A stretch of 64,000 bases of DNA from an uncultured virus (IMG/VR IMGVR_UViG_3300031665_000001). Its lineage: Duplodnaviria; Heunggongvirae; Uroviricota; Caudoviricetes. The stretch lies in the IMG/VR virus record IMGVR_UViG_3300031665_000001. One strand, written 5' to 3'. A program made the position numbers and the translations under genes. Every line of letters starts with the position of its first letter. Positions within the stretch are counted from its first letter, which is position 1. Below the pieces are notes generated by a model. That model searched no databases. It was not told the DNA's origin and worked only from the letters and a program-made list of their open reading frames with translations. Positions 51,059 through 60,804 of the stretch are shown here, one piece after another.

Positions 51059-51523
51059 TCATTTGAATTTTTCAATCCCTCCATGTTTATTTAAGTACCA
51101 TAAAATATGGGCGAAAGCATCTATATTATGTATTCTATATGAATATTTATCAAAATTACTTTTCATATATTTTTCTGCTATTTTTCTGAATCCACGTCTT
51201 AAAGATGGTGGATTTTGATAATAATTTAACTTATTAACTTCACAATATCCTTCTATATAACCTACTTTCTTACACATATCAAATTGATCTTGAGTAATCA
51301 TTCTTCCTACGTTTTTTTCGAATATAATGATATCGTCAGGTCCTACAGTTTCTAATGTTGTATTAATATCTTTATAATTAAATAGAATCTGCATAGACTC
51401 TATTGTACCTTTTTGTCTATTAAATCTTACATATCCTGTAGACTCACCTGGATCGAAACTATGTATAAATTTATTATATTTCAACTTCTGATCCCCCCGA
51501 TTCTTCAATATCTTTAATGACAT
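51059..51523 (-). CDS. RuvC-like Holliday junction resolvase (start uncertain)
   Basis: SFDPGESTG, IIFE, HNIDA catalytic pattern. Confidence 0.7.
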   Translation of the reverse strand: MSLKILKNRGDQKLKYNKFIHSFDPGESTGYVRFNRQKGTIESMQILFNYKDINTTLETVGPDDIIIFEKNVGRMITQDQFDMCKKVGYIEGYCEVNKLNYYQNPPSLRRGFRKIAEKYMKSNFDKYSYRIHNIDAFAHILWYLNKHGGIEKFK

Positions 51524-51728
51524 TCATTTTCATTGATTCTCCAAAATCTTTTAATGCTTCCATTTTTGTTGATTCGCTTAACTCTTTTGATACTTTATCA
51601 CTATTTAAATGATAAATAGCTTTTTCAATACTTTCGGCTGCCTTATAATGCTTGTTCTCAGTTAAAATTTCAATAGACAATTCAAGATTGCCTATTAATG
51701 CTTCCATTATCTGATTATTTTTATCCAT
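51474..51728 (-). CDS. hypothetical protein
   Basis: RBS AAGGGG. Confidence 0.65.
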   Translation of the reverse strand: MDKNNQIMEALIGNLELSIEILTENKHYKAAESIEKAIYHLNSDKVSKELSESTKMEALKDFGESMKMNVIKDIEESGGSEVEI

Positions 51729-51981
51729 CAGTTTTTATCCCCTTTATAATGTTTTTTATTGAACTCATGATGTAAATTAGTACACCATTGTTTTACTGTG
51801 TCTTTTGTAAATGTACCACAATATTTACAAAAATTATATTTTTTCTTTTTTGAATACTTTGAAGTATTTATTGCATTTTGTTTATTCTTCATATTTTTTA
51901 ATCCCCTTTATATTTTAATAATTACATTATATTACTTATTTTACATTAAGTCAAATAAAAAAAAGAGAGATAAACTCTCTT

Positions 51982-52224
51982 TTAGTTTTCTGTAACTAGT
52001 TTCATTATTTTTTCTACTATGTTATCTATTTCATGGACATGAATCATATCAAACTCACACATTACTTGCGTTTCAGGACATACTGTTGGATCATCAAGGC
52101 TTTCTTGTGATGTTCTATAACTATCAATTATTTCTTTTATTTCATCAGCTAATTTTGAATATTGCTTATTATATTCTTCTTTAGCTTTTTCTAAGTTTAA
52201 CATAGCTTGTTTTAATTCATACAT
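51982..52224 (-). CDS. hypothetical protein
   Basis: RBS AAGGAGGT. Confidence 0.7.
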   Translation of the reverse strand: MYELKQAMLNLEKAKEEYNKQYSKLADEIKEIIDSYRTSQESLDDPTVCPETQVMCEFDMIHVHEIDNIVEKIMKLVTEN

Positions 52225-52242
52225 TCTTATACCTCCTTGTAA

Positions 52243-52617
52243 TTATCTTTTATCTCTTAAAAATTTACATAGTAAACTTTTAAATTTTTCATCATTTTTA
52301 TCATTATATTTAATCAATGCTTCCATATTATAAGGTGCTAATAAATCATAAATCAATTTACATAGATTATGTGAATTGATTATTTCACACTCTGATTTTT
52401 CAAAATTGAAACGAAATGTACCCGAAAATCCTTGTAATTTTAGAAATTGTGAATCTAATTTAGGATCAGGATATGTAAGACCATGATGCTTGAATACTAT
52501 TGCTTTCTTTATATCTACATAATTATGGTCTGAAATAAACTTTGCCTGATTGTGGTCATAAGCTATTATTACATCTCTAATTTTTTTATTCATTTTTATC
52601 ATCCCTCCATTTATCAT
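52243..52617 (-). CDS. hypothetical protein, paralogue of 52632-53015
   Basis: MNKKIRDVIIAY.HNQAKFISDHN shared. Confidence 0.7.
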   Translation of the reverse strand: MINGGMIKMNKKIRDVIIAYDHNQAKFISDHNYVDIKKAIVFKHHGLTYPDPKLDSQFLKLQGFSGTFRFNFEKSECEIINSHNLCKLIYDLLAPYNMEALIKYNDKNDEKFKSLLCKFLRDKR

Positions 52618-52631
52618 GTTTTTAATATACT

Positions 52632-53015
52632 TTACCTATGAATATCTTTTGATACTTTTGATAATAATCTACCAAATGTTTCATCTGCTAAAATGCGATA
52701 TTTAACCTCATGAGTTGATAATAAATCATAAATCAATTCCCATAATTTAGGTGTATCTATTATTTCACATATTGAATGTTCAAAATGGAAACAAAATGTT
52801 CCTGAAAATCCTTTTAATTGTTGAAATTGTGAATTTAATTTAGGATTAAGGTATGTAACATTTTCTTTAACATTCAAACAATCTGATGATTCACCATGAT
52901 GCCTGAATACTATTGCTTTCTTTATATCTATATGATTATGGTCTGAAATAAACTTTGCCTGATTATGGTTATAAGCTATTATTACATCTCTAATTTTTTT
53001 ATTCATTTTTTTCAT
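52632..53015 (-). CDS. hypothetical protein, paralogue of 52243-52617
   Basis: tandem duplication visible in DNA and protein. Confidence 0.7.
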   Translation of the reverse strand: MKKMNKKIRDVIIAYNHNQAKFISDHNHIDIKKAIVFRHHGESSDCLNVKENVTYLNPKLNSQFQQLKGFSGTFCFHFEHSICEIIDTPKLWELIYDLLSTHEVKYRILADETFGRLLSKVSKDIHR

Positions 53016-53039
53016 CTTCTTTCTTTTTTTTAATCTCTT

Positions 53040-53450
53040 TTATAAATATTTATCTGGAAGTTCATCTTCTTCTATGTCTTCTTCTATGTCTTCTAATGTA
53101 TAATCCTCATCAATATTTTTTTCTATAATATAATGATCTACTAAATCTAAGTAATAATCAAAATCCTCAATCACTGAACATGAATATAATAATATTACCT
53201 TGCTATTAGTTATATCAATTCCTGATTTTTTTAATTTCTTAACTTCATCATTTATATCGTTCCACATATCATATTCAACCCAAGGTTGTTCTGCTATCTC
53301 ATATGTTTTTATTTTTCCATTATTCAAGACGTCTAAGTATATTACACAATTTACTTTATTCTTATGTTCTAACCTGAACAACTCATCCCTTTGTTGCTCA
53401 GGTGTCATTTTTTCCAATGATTTCATTATCTTCTTCATTGTCTCATTCAT
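53040..53450 (-). CDS. hypothetical protein with acidic tail
   Basis: RBS AAGGAGAG; promoter TTGACA...TATAAT at 53490-53513. Confidence 0.7.
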   Translation of the reverse strand: MNETMKKIMKSLEKMTPEQQRDELFRLEHKNKVNCVIYLDVLNNGKIKTYEIAEQPWVEYDMWNDINDEVKKLKKSGIDITNSKVILLYSCSVIEDFDYYLDLVDHYIIEKNIDEDYTLEDIEEDIEEDELPDKYL

Positions 53451-53732
53451 CTTTTTATTCTCTCCTTTATATTTTAATAAGGTAATCGTATTATACCATT
53501 TACATTATGTCAAGTATTTTTTTAAATAATGTAAATTAATTAAAAAATAAATGTTCATTTTGTTGCTAGGGGAACAATCTACTACTTAGCAAGATAATTA
53601 TGTAAAAATGGATATAAGTTTTATATGGAGATATAAAAAGTAATTGTTGCAAATAATGCAACAATTACTTTTTATATCTCCACACAGCATTACAAAAATC
53701 AATTGCACACTAACCTATAATATTTTTCCTTT

Positions 53733-53969
53733 CTATTTTTTTAATGTTATACTTTTTATTGCCCTATGAATACTTTCTTCTAAAGCTGTTATAGCAATAG
53801 ATAAATTGCGTGAAGCTGGGCAATTTTTTAAAATAGCTTCACCAGTTTTTATATAACTTTTTCTGATATTTTCAATCTTTTGAATCTGATCTTCATCAAG
53901 AGATTTATTTGTAAAACTTTCATTTAACTCTTCTATTTTTTCTTGTAATGTCATTTCTCTATATGCCAT
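53733..53969 (-). CDS. Acb2/Tad1-like helical-hairpin protein (putative immune-signal sponge)
   Basis: F...IENIRK...CPASRNLSIAITALEESIHRAIKSI matches the CPxSRxxSLAxTxLEE pattern. Confidence 0.65.
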   Translation of the reverse strand: MAYREMTLQEKIEELNESFTNKSLDEDQIQKIENIRKSYIKTGEAILKNCPASRNLSIAITALEESIHRAIKSITLKK

Positions 53970-54071
53970 ACTATCGCTCCTTTATTGTTTTTCATTATTC
54001 TTTTATTCTCTTTTTTATTTTAATAAGAATTACTAAAATTAAATAGTTTCATATTTTTAATGGTTTTAATT

Positions 54072-54563
54072 TTATATAGTTTTTATATTATATTTATCTA
54101 ATTTTTTAAAATTAGATTCTAAAGGTATATTTTTTTCTTTAGCATATTTAACTACATAAGATAAATCTAACATATACTTTTTAAAATCTTTTCTTACATC
54201 TTTTATAAAATTTTTAATATCTCTTTTACATGATTTATTTGTAATCTTTCTTATATGCTTTTCAATATAATCTGGTATATCTGTATATTTAAAAACTGTG
54301 TGCCGTATATGTGTAGCCTCATGACATGTAGGGCATAATGGTATAAATTCTTTTAATACTTGTATATTATTTTCAAATACAAATACTTCATGACAATGTA
54401 ATCCTTTCATTTTTTCATTACACCAATAACATTTATTATCATGTTCTTGTATTACTTCTTTTCTAATTTCATTCCATGAGTTATCTTTTAATATCATTCT
54501 GCAATTACTATACCAATTACATGGTGGTATAAATTGATAATAAAATTTAATTGTCTCCTTCAT
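54072..54563 (-). CDS. HNH-type endonuclease
   Basis: WNEIRK..CYWC...LHCHE...LCPTCHEATH. Confidence 0.75.
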   Translation of the reverse strand: MKETIKFYYQFIPPCNWYSNCRMILKDNSWNEIRKEVIQEHDNKCYWCNEKMKGLHCHEVFVFENNIQVLKEFIPLCPTCHEATHIRHTVFKYTDIPDYIEKHIRKITNKSCKRDIKNFIKDVRKDFKKYMLDLSYVVKYAKEKNIPLESNFKKLDKYNIKTI

Positions 54564-54654
54564 CTTTTTATTCTCTCCTTTGTATTGTTAGTAATATAAT
54601 ATTATTACAATAATTACAGGATGTCAAGTATTTTGTAAAAATAATGTAAATTGA

Positions 54655-54757
54655 TGTTTTTGCTAGATTTCATTACAATATTAAACCTAGCAAAGAATAA
54701 AAAGCTTTGCTAGATGCAATTTCAATATTCTAGCAAGGATTTTTAAACCTAGCAATT
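54655..54757. repeat. cluster of CTAGCAA/TTGCTAG sites upstream of the plus-strand island
   Basis: five copies in both orientations just before TTGACA at 54767. Confidence 0.6.
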
Positions 54758-54910
54758 GTTTTTAAGTTGACATAGGACCTATATATATGATATATTTTAG
54801 ATATATTTTAGATATACATTAGTTATACTATAAAGTTAAAGAAAAGAAGGAAGCTAAGACAGGATATAAAAAAGTTAATAATTATTATGAAGAAGGGGAG
54901 TGTATTGGTT

Positions 54911-55057
54911 ATGAAACTTATAAAAGAGTTGATAAGAATTACTAAAGATCAACAGGATAATATTATTGAATATCAAAAGAAAAATAATTTAACTACTAAG
55001 GCAGAAGCTTATAGACATTTATTAAGTAGTTTAAGCAAGGAAGGTGTTAAGGAATGA
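54911..55057 (+). CDS. small CopG/RHH-like regulator (48 aa; not in ORF track)
   Basis: RBS AAGGGGAG; LIRITKDQQDNI.EYQKKNNLTTKAEAYRHLL; ATGA overlap with next gene. Confidence 0.6.
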   Translation: MKLIKELIRITKDQQDNIIEYQKKNNLTTKAEAYRHLLSSLSKEGVKE

Positions 55058-55245
55058 AAAAAACAATAAAAGCTTCTTTATACGCTTTTGTCACTGGTAA
55101 TAAGATATTTTTTATTGATAGTACAAATGATAAAGCTATTGAAAAACTTTATAAAACTAAAGGTAAAGAAATAAAAAATATAAGGAAGTATAAATATAAT
55201 GAAAGATATATAAATTATAATGAAGAAGGTGAAATTAATGAGTAA
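55054..55245 (+). CDS. hypothetical protein
   Basis: translationally coupled on both sides. Confidence 0.65.
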   Translation: MKKTIKASLYAFVTGNKIFFIDSTNDKAIEKLYKTKGKEIKNIRKYKYNERYINYNEEGEINE

Positions 55246-56761
55246 TAAAGAAAATAAAAATGTAGTAGTAAATTTAATTGATTTTTGTAATAAATTTAAA
55301 AAAGATATAAGAAAGACTAATGTTAAAAATAGAGTAGAAAATCTAATGCTAGAAACTGAATTAAAACAAAAAGAAATAGATGCTTTTAAAATAAGAATGG
55401 ATCACGATAGGGTTGAAAGCAAATTAAATTATCTTGAAAGTATAGCTAATACTAAATTTATGACAGTTTTATTATTTTTATTGATGCTGTCTTCTATTGT
55501 ATTAACACCTATGGGATATGGATTGTTTTATGTTAGTTTTCTATCCATCGCCTTAATAATAGTTTTAACGATTATTCAAATACTTACTTTTTATGTAGCT
55601 GCTATTAAGACTCAGGTATATTTATATTTTAATAAAAGTTATGGTGTTATAAATATGATAACAATGATACTAGTTCCCATTAGTATCATTGGAAATTATA
55701 ACACCTTAATTAAAGTAATAAGATTAGATACACCTTTAATAGGTCAAATAGTTACTATTTTAATATGTATTATGCTTGATATTAGTATTATAACAATAAA
55801 CACTTTAAAACACGATAAGAAATATAAAAATTTTACTACACCTATCGAAAATGAAATGCAGGATAAAATATCAATCTTGCATATGTTGAAAACAATTTTT
55901 TTTGATCGGTTAAGAATAAAATTAATGAAACCATATTTTGAGACAAGAAAAAATTTTAAAGATAACTTAAAAATTTTTAAAGATAATCCTAAAAATTTTA
56001 AGGATAACCTAAAACTTTTTAAGGATAACTCAGAAAATTTTAAGGATAATCCTAAAAATTTTAAGGATAACCTAAAACTTTTTAAGGATAACTCAGAAAA
56101 TTTTAAGGATGACCTAAAAACATCTGAGTATAGCTTAGAAATTTTAAATGATTTTAAAGACAATCCTAAAAATTTTAAGGATAATAATATGAATAGCCTA
56201 AGCAAGCTTGAGAATTTTAAAGATAAAAAACAACTAGAAACAAGTGATACCAAAGGTATACTAGGAATTTCTAGTCAAGATAAAGACAACCCTAAAAATT
56301 TTAAGGATAACCCAGAAAATTTTAAGGATAACTTAAAACATTCAATTAATTTTAAGGATAACCCAGAAAATTTTAAGGATAACCCAAAAAATTTTAAGGA
56401 TAACTCAGAAAATTTTAAGGATAATCCTAAAAATTTTAAGGATAAGACAAAAATTTTTAAGGATAACCCAGAAAATTTTAAGGATAGCTCAGAAAATTTT
56501 AAGGATAAGACAAAAATTTTTAAGGATAACTTAGAATCTGAGGAATTAACATTTTGGGACAAATATGCAATTATTAAAAATCAGGTAAAAGCTTTAAAAG
56601 AAAATGAAGTCATATCAAAAAAAACTTTCAAATATTTAATTACTAAAGATAATGATTGGAAAAAAGTCAGAAAAAATTTAGTGAACGACGGTCTAGCATT
56701 TACAGAAAATACTACAACTAGAAGAACAAATAATAAAACAAATGAAAAAGTTGCAAAATAA
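55238..56761 (+). CDS. four-TM membrane protein with ~22 heptad repeats (xFKDNxx) and basic C-terminal domain
   Basis: hydrophobic helices in the N-terminal third; 21-bp tandem repeats at 55950-56180 and 56280-56530; RBS GAAGGTG supports ATG 55238. Confidence 0.8.
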   Translation: MSNKENKNVVVNLIDFCNKFKKDIRKTNVKNRVENLMLETELKQKEIDAFKIRMDHDRVESKLNYLESIANTKFMTVLLFLLMLSSIVLTPMGYGLFYVSFLSIALIIVLTIIQILTFYVAAIKTQVYLYFNKSYGVINMITMILVPISIIGNYNTLIKVIRLDTPLIGQIVTILICIMLDISIITINTLKHDKKYKNFTTPIENEMQDKISILHMLKTIFFDRLRIKLMKPYFETRKNFKDNLKIFKDNPKNFKDNLKLFKDNSENFKDNPKNFKDNLKLFKDNSENFKDDLKTSEYSLEILNDFKDNPKNFKDNNMNSLSKLENFKDKKQLETSDTKGILGISSQDKDNPKNFKDNPENFKDNLKHSINFKDNPENFKDNPKNFKDNSENFKDNPKNFKDKTKIFKDNPENFKDSSENFKDKTKIFKDNLESEELTFWDKYAIIKNQVKALKENEVISKKTFKYLITKDNDWKKVRKNLVNDGLAFTENTTTRRTNNKTNEKVAK

Positions 56762-56797
56762 AAAAAAACCTAGATAATTAAAAACTAGGTTTTTTTT
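56761..56797. terminator. bidirectional terminator
   Basis: AAAAAAAACCTAG...CTAGGTTTTTTTT between convergent genes. Confidence 0.75.
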
Positions 56798-56847
56798 CTT
56801 TTAAATTGCAACAATCACAACAAATATATTTATCTAAATATTCGCAT

Positions 56848-57129
56848 TTATATCATCAACTCCATTTCTTCGTAATCATTACAAAATATATAATAATCGT
56901 TTCCGCTTCTAATAATATAATGATTATATTTTCCTACCAAATATATCTCGCCGATTAATTCATCTTTCCAACAAGTATTAAAGGCGACAAGGGCAATACC
57001 AAAAATTATTTTTATAGCTTCTACTGTCATATGATTATGTATTCCGCCAATAAATAATAAATCTTCATCACCTTTTTTAATTTTTACTTTGTCCCCAATT
57101 TTAAACTTCTTTTTTAACTCATTTAACAT
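56848..57129 (-). CDS. hypothetical protein (SH3/KOW-like start)
   Basis: KFKIGDKVKIK; RBS GAGGT. Confidence 0.65.
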   Translation of the reverse strand: MLNELKKKFKIGDKVKIKKGDEDLLFIGGIHNHMTVEAIKIIFGIALVAFNTCWKDELIGEIYLVGKYNHYIIRSGNDYYIFCNDYEEMELMI

Positions 57130-57200
57130 TTATATTACCTCACTTTCATTAATTAAGTGCTTTTGATGTGTCCACCAACCACGTTTATATCCAGCGATTG

Positions 57201-57875
57201 TTATTTATTAGCTTTGTAAAACTGGTTTGCAAAACCTAAAGGTGTCATACTTCTCAATATAGACCTTTTTGAATAGCCAGTTTTTTCTCGGTAACCATCT
57301 GGTATATTTTTCAGATCTGTAAAATGTTCGACACAACTTACAAAATCACTTGCACCTTTTGTAGTTGGGTGTTCAAAATTTCTTTTTTTAACTGGATTTT
57401 TTTTAGGTTTATTAAATTGTCCCCATAGGGCAGTCTTTTTTGTGTATGGATCGCCGTATTCGTAAGGTTGGAATACTAAATAAGACTCACCTAAAAATCT
57501 TTTAAGATACCCTGAGTATGGATTTTCTAATGCCCAAAACTTTAAACCTTTAGAACTTTTTTTATAAGAATGATACAAACATTCATGGATAATATCTAAG
57601 CATGTTTGGACAATTTTCATACCTGCTCTTAAATCTCTTGGTTCTTTTGCCGTTTTATCATTTCTTGCAATACTAAACATTGTGCATGGTGGAGCACACA
57701 AGATCCCATATATTTCATTATTTTCAATAAGTTTTAATAACCATTCCCATTCTTTCCATTTTGTAATGTCATAATCTGGCAGGGTTAATACTTTCACATT
57801 ATATCCATTCTCTTTATATGGTAGCGACCACATACCTGTACCCCCGCACAAATCTAATATTATTTTATTTTCCAT
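57201..57875 (-). CDS. compact C5-cytosine DNA methyltransferase-like protein
   Basis: LDLCGGTG (motif I), PPCT (IV), LENP (VI), terminal RSMTP.GFA. Confidence 0.8.
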   Translation of the reverse strand: MENKIILDLCGGTGMWSLPYKENGYNVKVLTLPDYDITKWKEWEWLLKLIENNEIYGILCAPPCTMFSIARNDKTAKEPRDLRAGMKIVQTCLDIIHECLYHSYKKSSKGLKFWALENPYSGYLKRFLGESYLVFQPYEYGDPYTKKTALWGQFNKPKKNPVKKRNFEHPTTKGASDFVSCVEHFTDLKNIPDGYREKTGYSKRSILRSMTPLGFANQFYKANK

Positions 57876-58091
57876 TTCTCGAACTCCTTTTATTTATATC
57901 ACCTAAATGTATTATATTAGGATGATTTTTTCTTTAATATTTTAATTGTATATTTATTTATTTCACAATTTGCAACAATTACAAAAGTCAATAATGATTG
58001 GAAAAATGTCAAAAAAAAATTTAGTAAATGTTTGATATATATTTAATAATTTAATATCTATTATTTTTTTACCTTTTAATATAATATTCTT

Positions 58092-58169
58092 TTATTCTTC
58101 TAAAAACTTACCATGGCAATGTAAATCTGAAATATATTCATTCCCCCAAACGTCCCAATTTTCCCTCAT
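58092..58169 (-). pseudogene. C-terminal remnant of an MT-A70-like methyltransferase
   Basis: MRENWDVWGNE matches the R.GWDVWGNE end motif of phage MT-A70 proteins; rest of gene absent. Confidence 0.5.
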
Positions 58170-58225
58170 TTTTTCTCTTTTTTATAATTGTTTGAATATG
58201 ATACATTATTTTATATAATGATTCA

Positions 58226-58402
58226 TTATCTATATTTTCTTCTTTCTTCTTTTAATCTTTCATATTCTTCTTCTTTTCTTTCTTCTATTCTTTTTTTACT
58301 GAATTTCATATTATTATCACAGTCGTCACATTTGTAATATAACCATGTATCATCAGCACCAATGTATATTAAATCACCATCACATCTATCACAATACGCC
58401 AT
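58226..58402 (-). CDS. small zinc-ribbon protein (58 aa; not in ORF track)
   Basis: RBS AAAGGAG; CDRC...CDDC. Confidence 0.6.
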   Translation of the reverse strand: MAYCDRCDGDLIYIGADDTWLYYKCDDCDNNMKFSKKRIEERKEEEYERLKEERRKYR

Positions 58403-58443
58403 TTTTAATTATCTCCTTTTTTTTATATAATTTATTTATTCCT

Positions 58444-58659
58444 TTAAATTTTAATTAAATAATTTTTTATAAAACATTTGATATCAACATCGACGATCTC
58501 ACAGATCATTATTAGATCATTAATCGTAAATTTTCTATCATTGGCTATTTTACGACTTAAAGAAGCAGGTTGTAAACCCATATCTTTTGAAATTGCCTTT
58601 ATTGTAAGACCTTTATTTTTAATAAATAATCTTAATTCATCTGATTTTATCTTATACAC
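58444..58659 (-). CDS. Cro/CI-like HTH protein
   Basis: GLTIKAISKDMGLQPASLSRKI...FTINDL. Confidence 0.75.
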   Translation of the reverse strand: MYKIKSDELRLFIKNKGLTIKAISKDMGLQPASLSRKIANDRKFTINDLIMICEIVDVDIKCFIKNYLIKI

Positions 58660-58669
58660 AAAATCACCC

Positions 58670-59131
58670 CTATATTTTTATAAATACTATCCAATGAGTT
58701 TTATTTCGTTTATTTCCAAACAGTGGTTTATATTTAGTCAAATTTAGTATTTCATTTAACTTAATTTGTTCTTCATTCCATTTAAAAATTAAAAAGCCGT
58801 AGTTTTCTAAAACTCTAAAGCATTCAGAAAACCCAGTTTTTATATCTTTTTTCCAATTTTCATTTAATTTTCCATATTTTTTTGCTAACCAGCTTTTTTC
58901 GCCAACTTTTATTAAATGTGGCGGATCAAATATAACTAATTTAAAAGTGCTATCTTCAAATGGTATTTTCCTAAAATCACCTATAATATCAGGATTTACT
59001 TCTAATTTTCGGCCATCACAAAGAATATCTTCATATTCTCTATTATCCATATACACAGTATTTTTGTTGTTTTTATCGTAATAAAACATTTTACTTCCAC
59101 AACATACATCTAAAATAAATTTATTATTCAA
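58670..59131 (-). CDS. SAM-dependent amino (N6A/N4C-type) methyltransferase
   Basis: ILDVCCGSKMF, FDPPH, ECFRVL, LIFKWNE. Confidence 0.85.
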   Translation of the reverse strand: MNNKFILDVCCGSKMFYYDKNNKNTVYMDNREYEDILCDGRKLEVNPDIIGDFRKIPFEDSTFKLVIFDPPHLIKVGEKSWLAKKYGKLNENWKKDIKTGFSECFRVLENYGFLIFKWNEEQIKLNEILNLTKYKPLFGNKRNKTHWIVFIKI

Positions 59132-59179
59132 TGAAAATCACTCCCTTTATTAAAAACAGGTGGGTTTGTATCCCACCAG

Positions 59180-59356
59180 TTACTTATTTTTATACTTTTT
59201 ACGTCTTTGTTCGTGGTAGTCTTTGACTTTGTCGTTACCTGATGTTGTAGTCATTGGGCAACTATCAAAAATCCCTTTGTTACAATATCCACCATCTTTA
59301 GACGGTACATGATGTTGACAACTCGTAATATTGCATTGTATTTTAAAAAAACCCAT
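59180..59356 (-). CDS. small Cys-rich protein (58 aa; not in ORF track)
   Basis: RBS AAAGGAG; CNITSCQHH...YC...C; promoter upstream. Confidence 0.55.
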   Translation of the reverse strand: MGFFKIQCNITSCQHHVPSKDGGYCNKGIFDSCPMTTTSGNDKVKDYHEQRRKKYKNK

Positions 59357-59469
59357 CTGTTATATCTCCTTTCTAGGTGTAATCAGATGTTAACTCTAAC
59401 ATCTGATATTATTATATGATACCATAATGGATATGTCAACACCAAAATGGATATTATTATTAAACTTTT

Positions 59470-60090
59470 TTAATTACCTCTCTTGAATCCAAAATCTTTC
59501 TTTTTAATTTTACACATTGTAGAATATAATGTATCCACATTGAAATGATAAAATACTATACCTTCTATATCATTATTAAAAAGGTATTCTTTTATAGTTT
59601 CATAAGAAATTTTTCCAACCGGTATTCTTTCATTACCGTGTGCGATTAAATTATGACCATCTATCTTTTCTAGGTTGCCTTGTATTTTTTCGCCAATTAA
59701 TTCATAAGTACCATTGTAAAATGTATAAAAAATATTATATTGAGCTTCAGTTTCATATAAATTTAATAATCCTTCAAAATGATATTTATCCTCTGAATTA
59801 TTAGGATTACATTCTAACCATCCTGGATAATGTCCAGTTATTTTATCTGGTTCTTGTGCAGGAATAAAACCTGCTGGTGGTTTTTTACCTTTCTTACAAT
59901 CATATCGTTTATAAATTCTATTATTTTTAATAAGACATGCTGTACCATCATATTTTCTAGTAGCTATAACATTCTTAGAATCTTCAAAAACCCATTCGCA
60001 TCCTGGTGTTATTTCCTGGGTAACTAATCTTGTTTCTGAATCACGTTTAAATAATGTTGGTATTTTTCTCATGTTATTACCTCTTTTCAT
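59470..60090 (-). CDS. ATP-dependent RNA ligase-like nucleotidyltransferase (DUF5565-like)
   Basis: motif I RKYDGT, YELIG, motif IV EGIV, motif V CKIK. Confidence 0.75.
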   Translation of the reverse strand: MKRGNNMRKIPTLFKRDSETRLVTQEITPGCEWVFEDSKNVIATRKYDGTACLIKNNRIYKRYDCKKGKKPPAGFIPAQEPDKITGHYPGWLECNPNNSEDKYHFEGLLNLYETEAQYNIFYTFYNGTYELIGEKIQGNLEKIDGHNLIAHGNERIPVGKISYETIKEYLFNNDIEGIVFYHFNVDTLYSTMCKIKKKDFGFKRGN

Positions 60091-60119
60091 ATATTTTTTT
60101 GGATAAATTACCTCTTTTT

Positions 60120-60389
60120 TTATATCTTTTTTGGATAAATTATTAATGTTTCATGTTTATATATAATAGCCATTTCACCTATTAAAACTTCCATCATATA
60201 TCCGTTGTTCCATACTTTTATAGTATCACCTGATTTTAGAGTTTCATCATTTACAAAGGATGTTATATCAGTTTTTAATGTTGAATTTTTATTTATTTCT
60301 ATATTTATATATTTTATATCAGGATATAATTGTGTACTGAATTCTTTAATTGATATAGGTTTATATAAATTTTTGTCAAAAATGTTCAT
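60120..60389 (-). CDS. hypothetical protein
   Basis: coupled in minus-strand operon. Confidence 0.6.
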   Translation of the reverse strand: MNIFDKNLYKPISIKEFSTQLYPDIKYINIEINKNSTLKTDITSFVNDETLKSGDTIKVWNNGYMMEVLIGEMAIIYKHETLIIYPKKI

Positions 60390-60793
60390 TATATTACCTC
60401 TTTCTTATATGTTTTTATCCCTGGTTCACCCAGATTTACAACTTCTCTAAATCTACCATTTAATGCTTTATATATATTATTTTTTAAATATTTTATATAT
60501 TCTTCATCTGATTTATATTCTTCAATTAATTTTTTAATATTTTCAATATATAATTTTTCATCTATATCAACAAAATATCTTTGACCATCTTTCAAATGGT
60601 TTAAAGTATTTGAAACATATCTTGTATCATAATGCCAATTACTATGTTGCATCATACCGTCACATTGATTGCATTGTATTATAAATGGTGTTACACCATC
60701 TCTGGAATTCCATAATATTTCAATATGTTTATGGTTTTTTTCACACGTATATTCCATAAAACAATATGCTTCAACATGTTTAAATTTATTCAT
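60389..60793 (-). CDS. conserved phage hypothetical zinc-binding protein
   Basis: EAYCFMEYTC...WNSRDGVTPF..C..C. Confidence 0.7.
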   Translation of the reverse strand: MNKFKHVEAYCFMEYTCEKNHKHIEILWNSRDGVTPFIIQCNQCDGMMQHSNWHYDTRYVSNTLNHLKDGQRYFVDIDEKLYIENIKKLIEEYKSDEEYIKYLKNNIYKALNGRFREVVNLGEPGIKTYKKEVI

Positions 60794-60804
60794 CGTAAAT
60801 CTCC

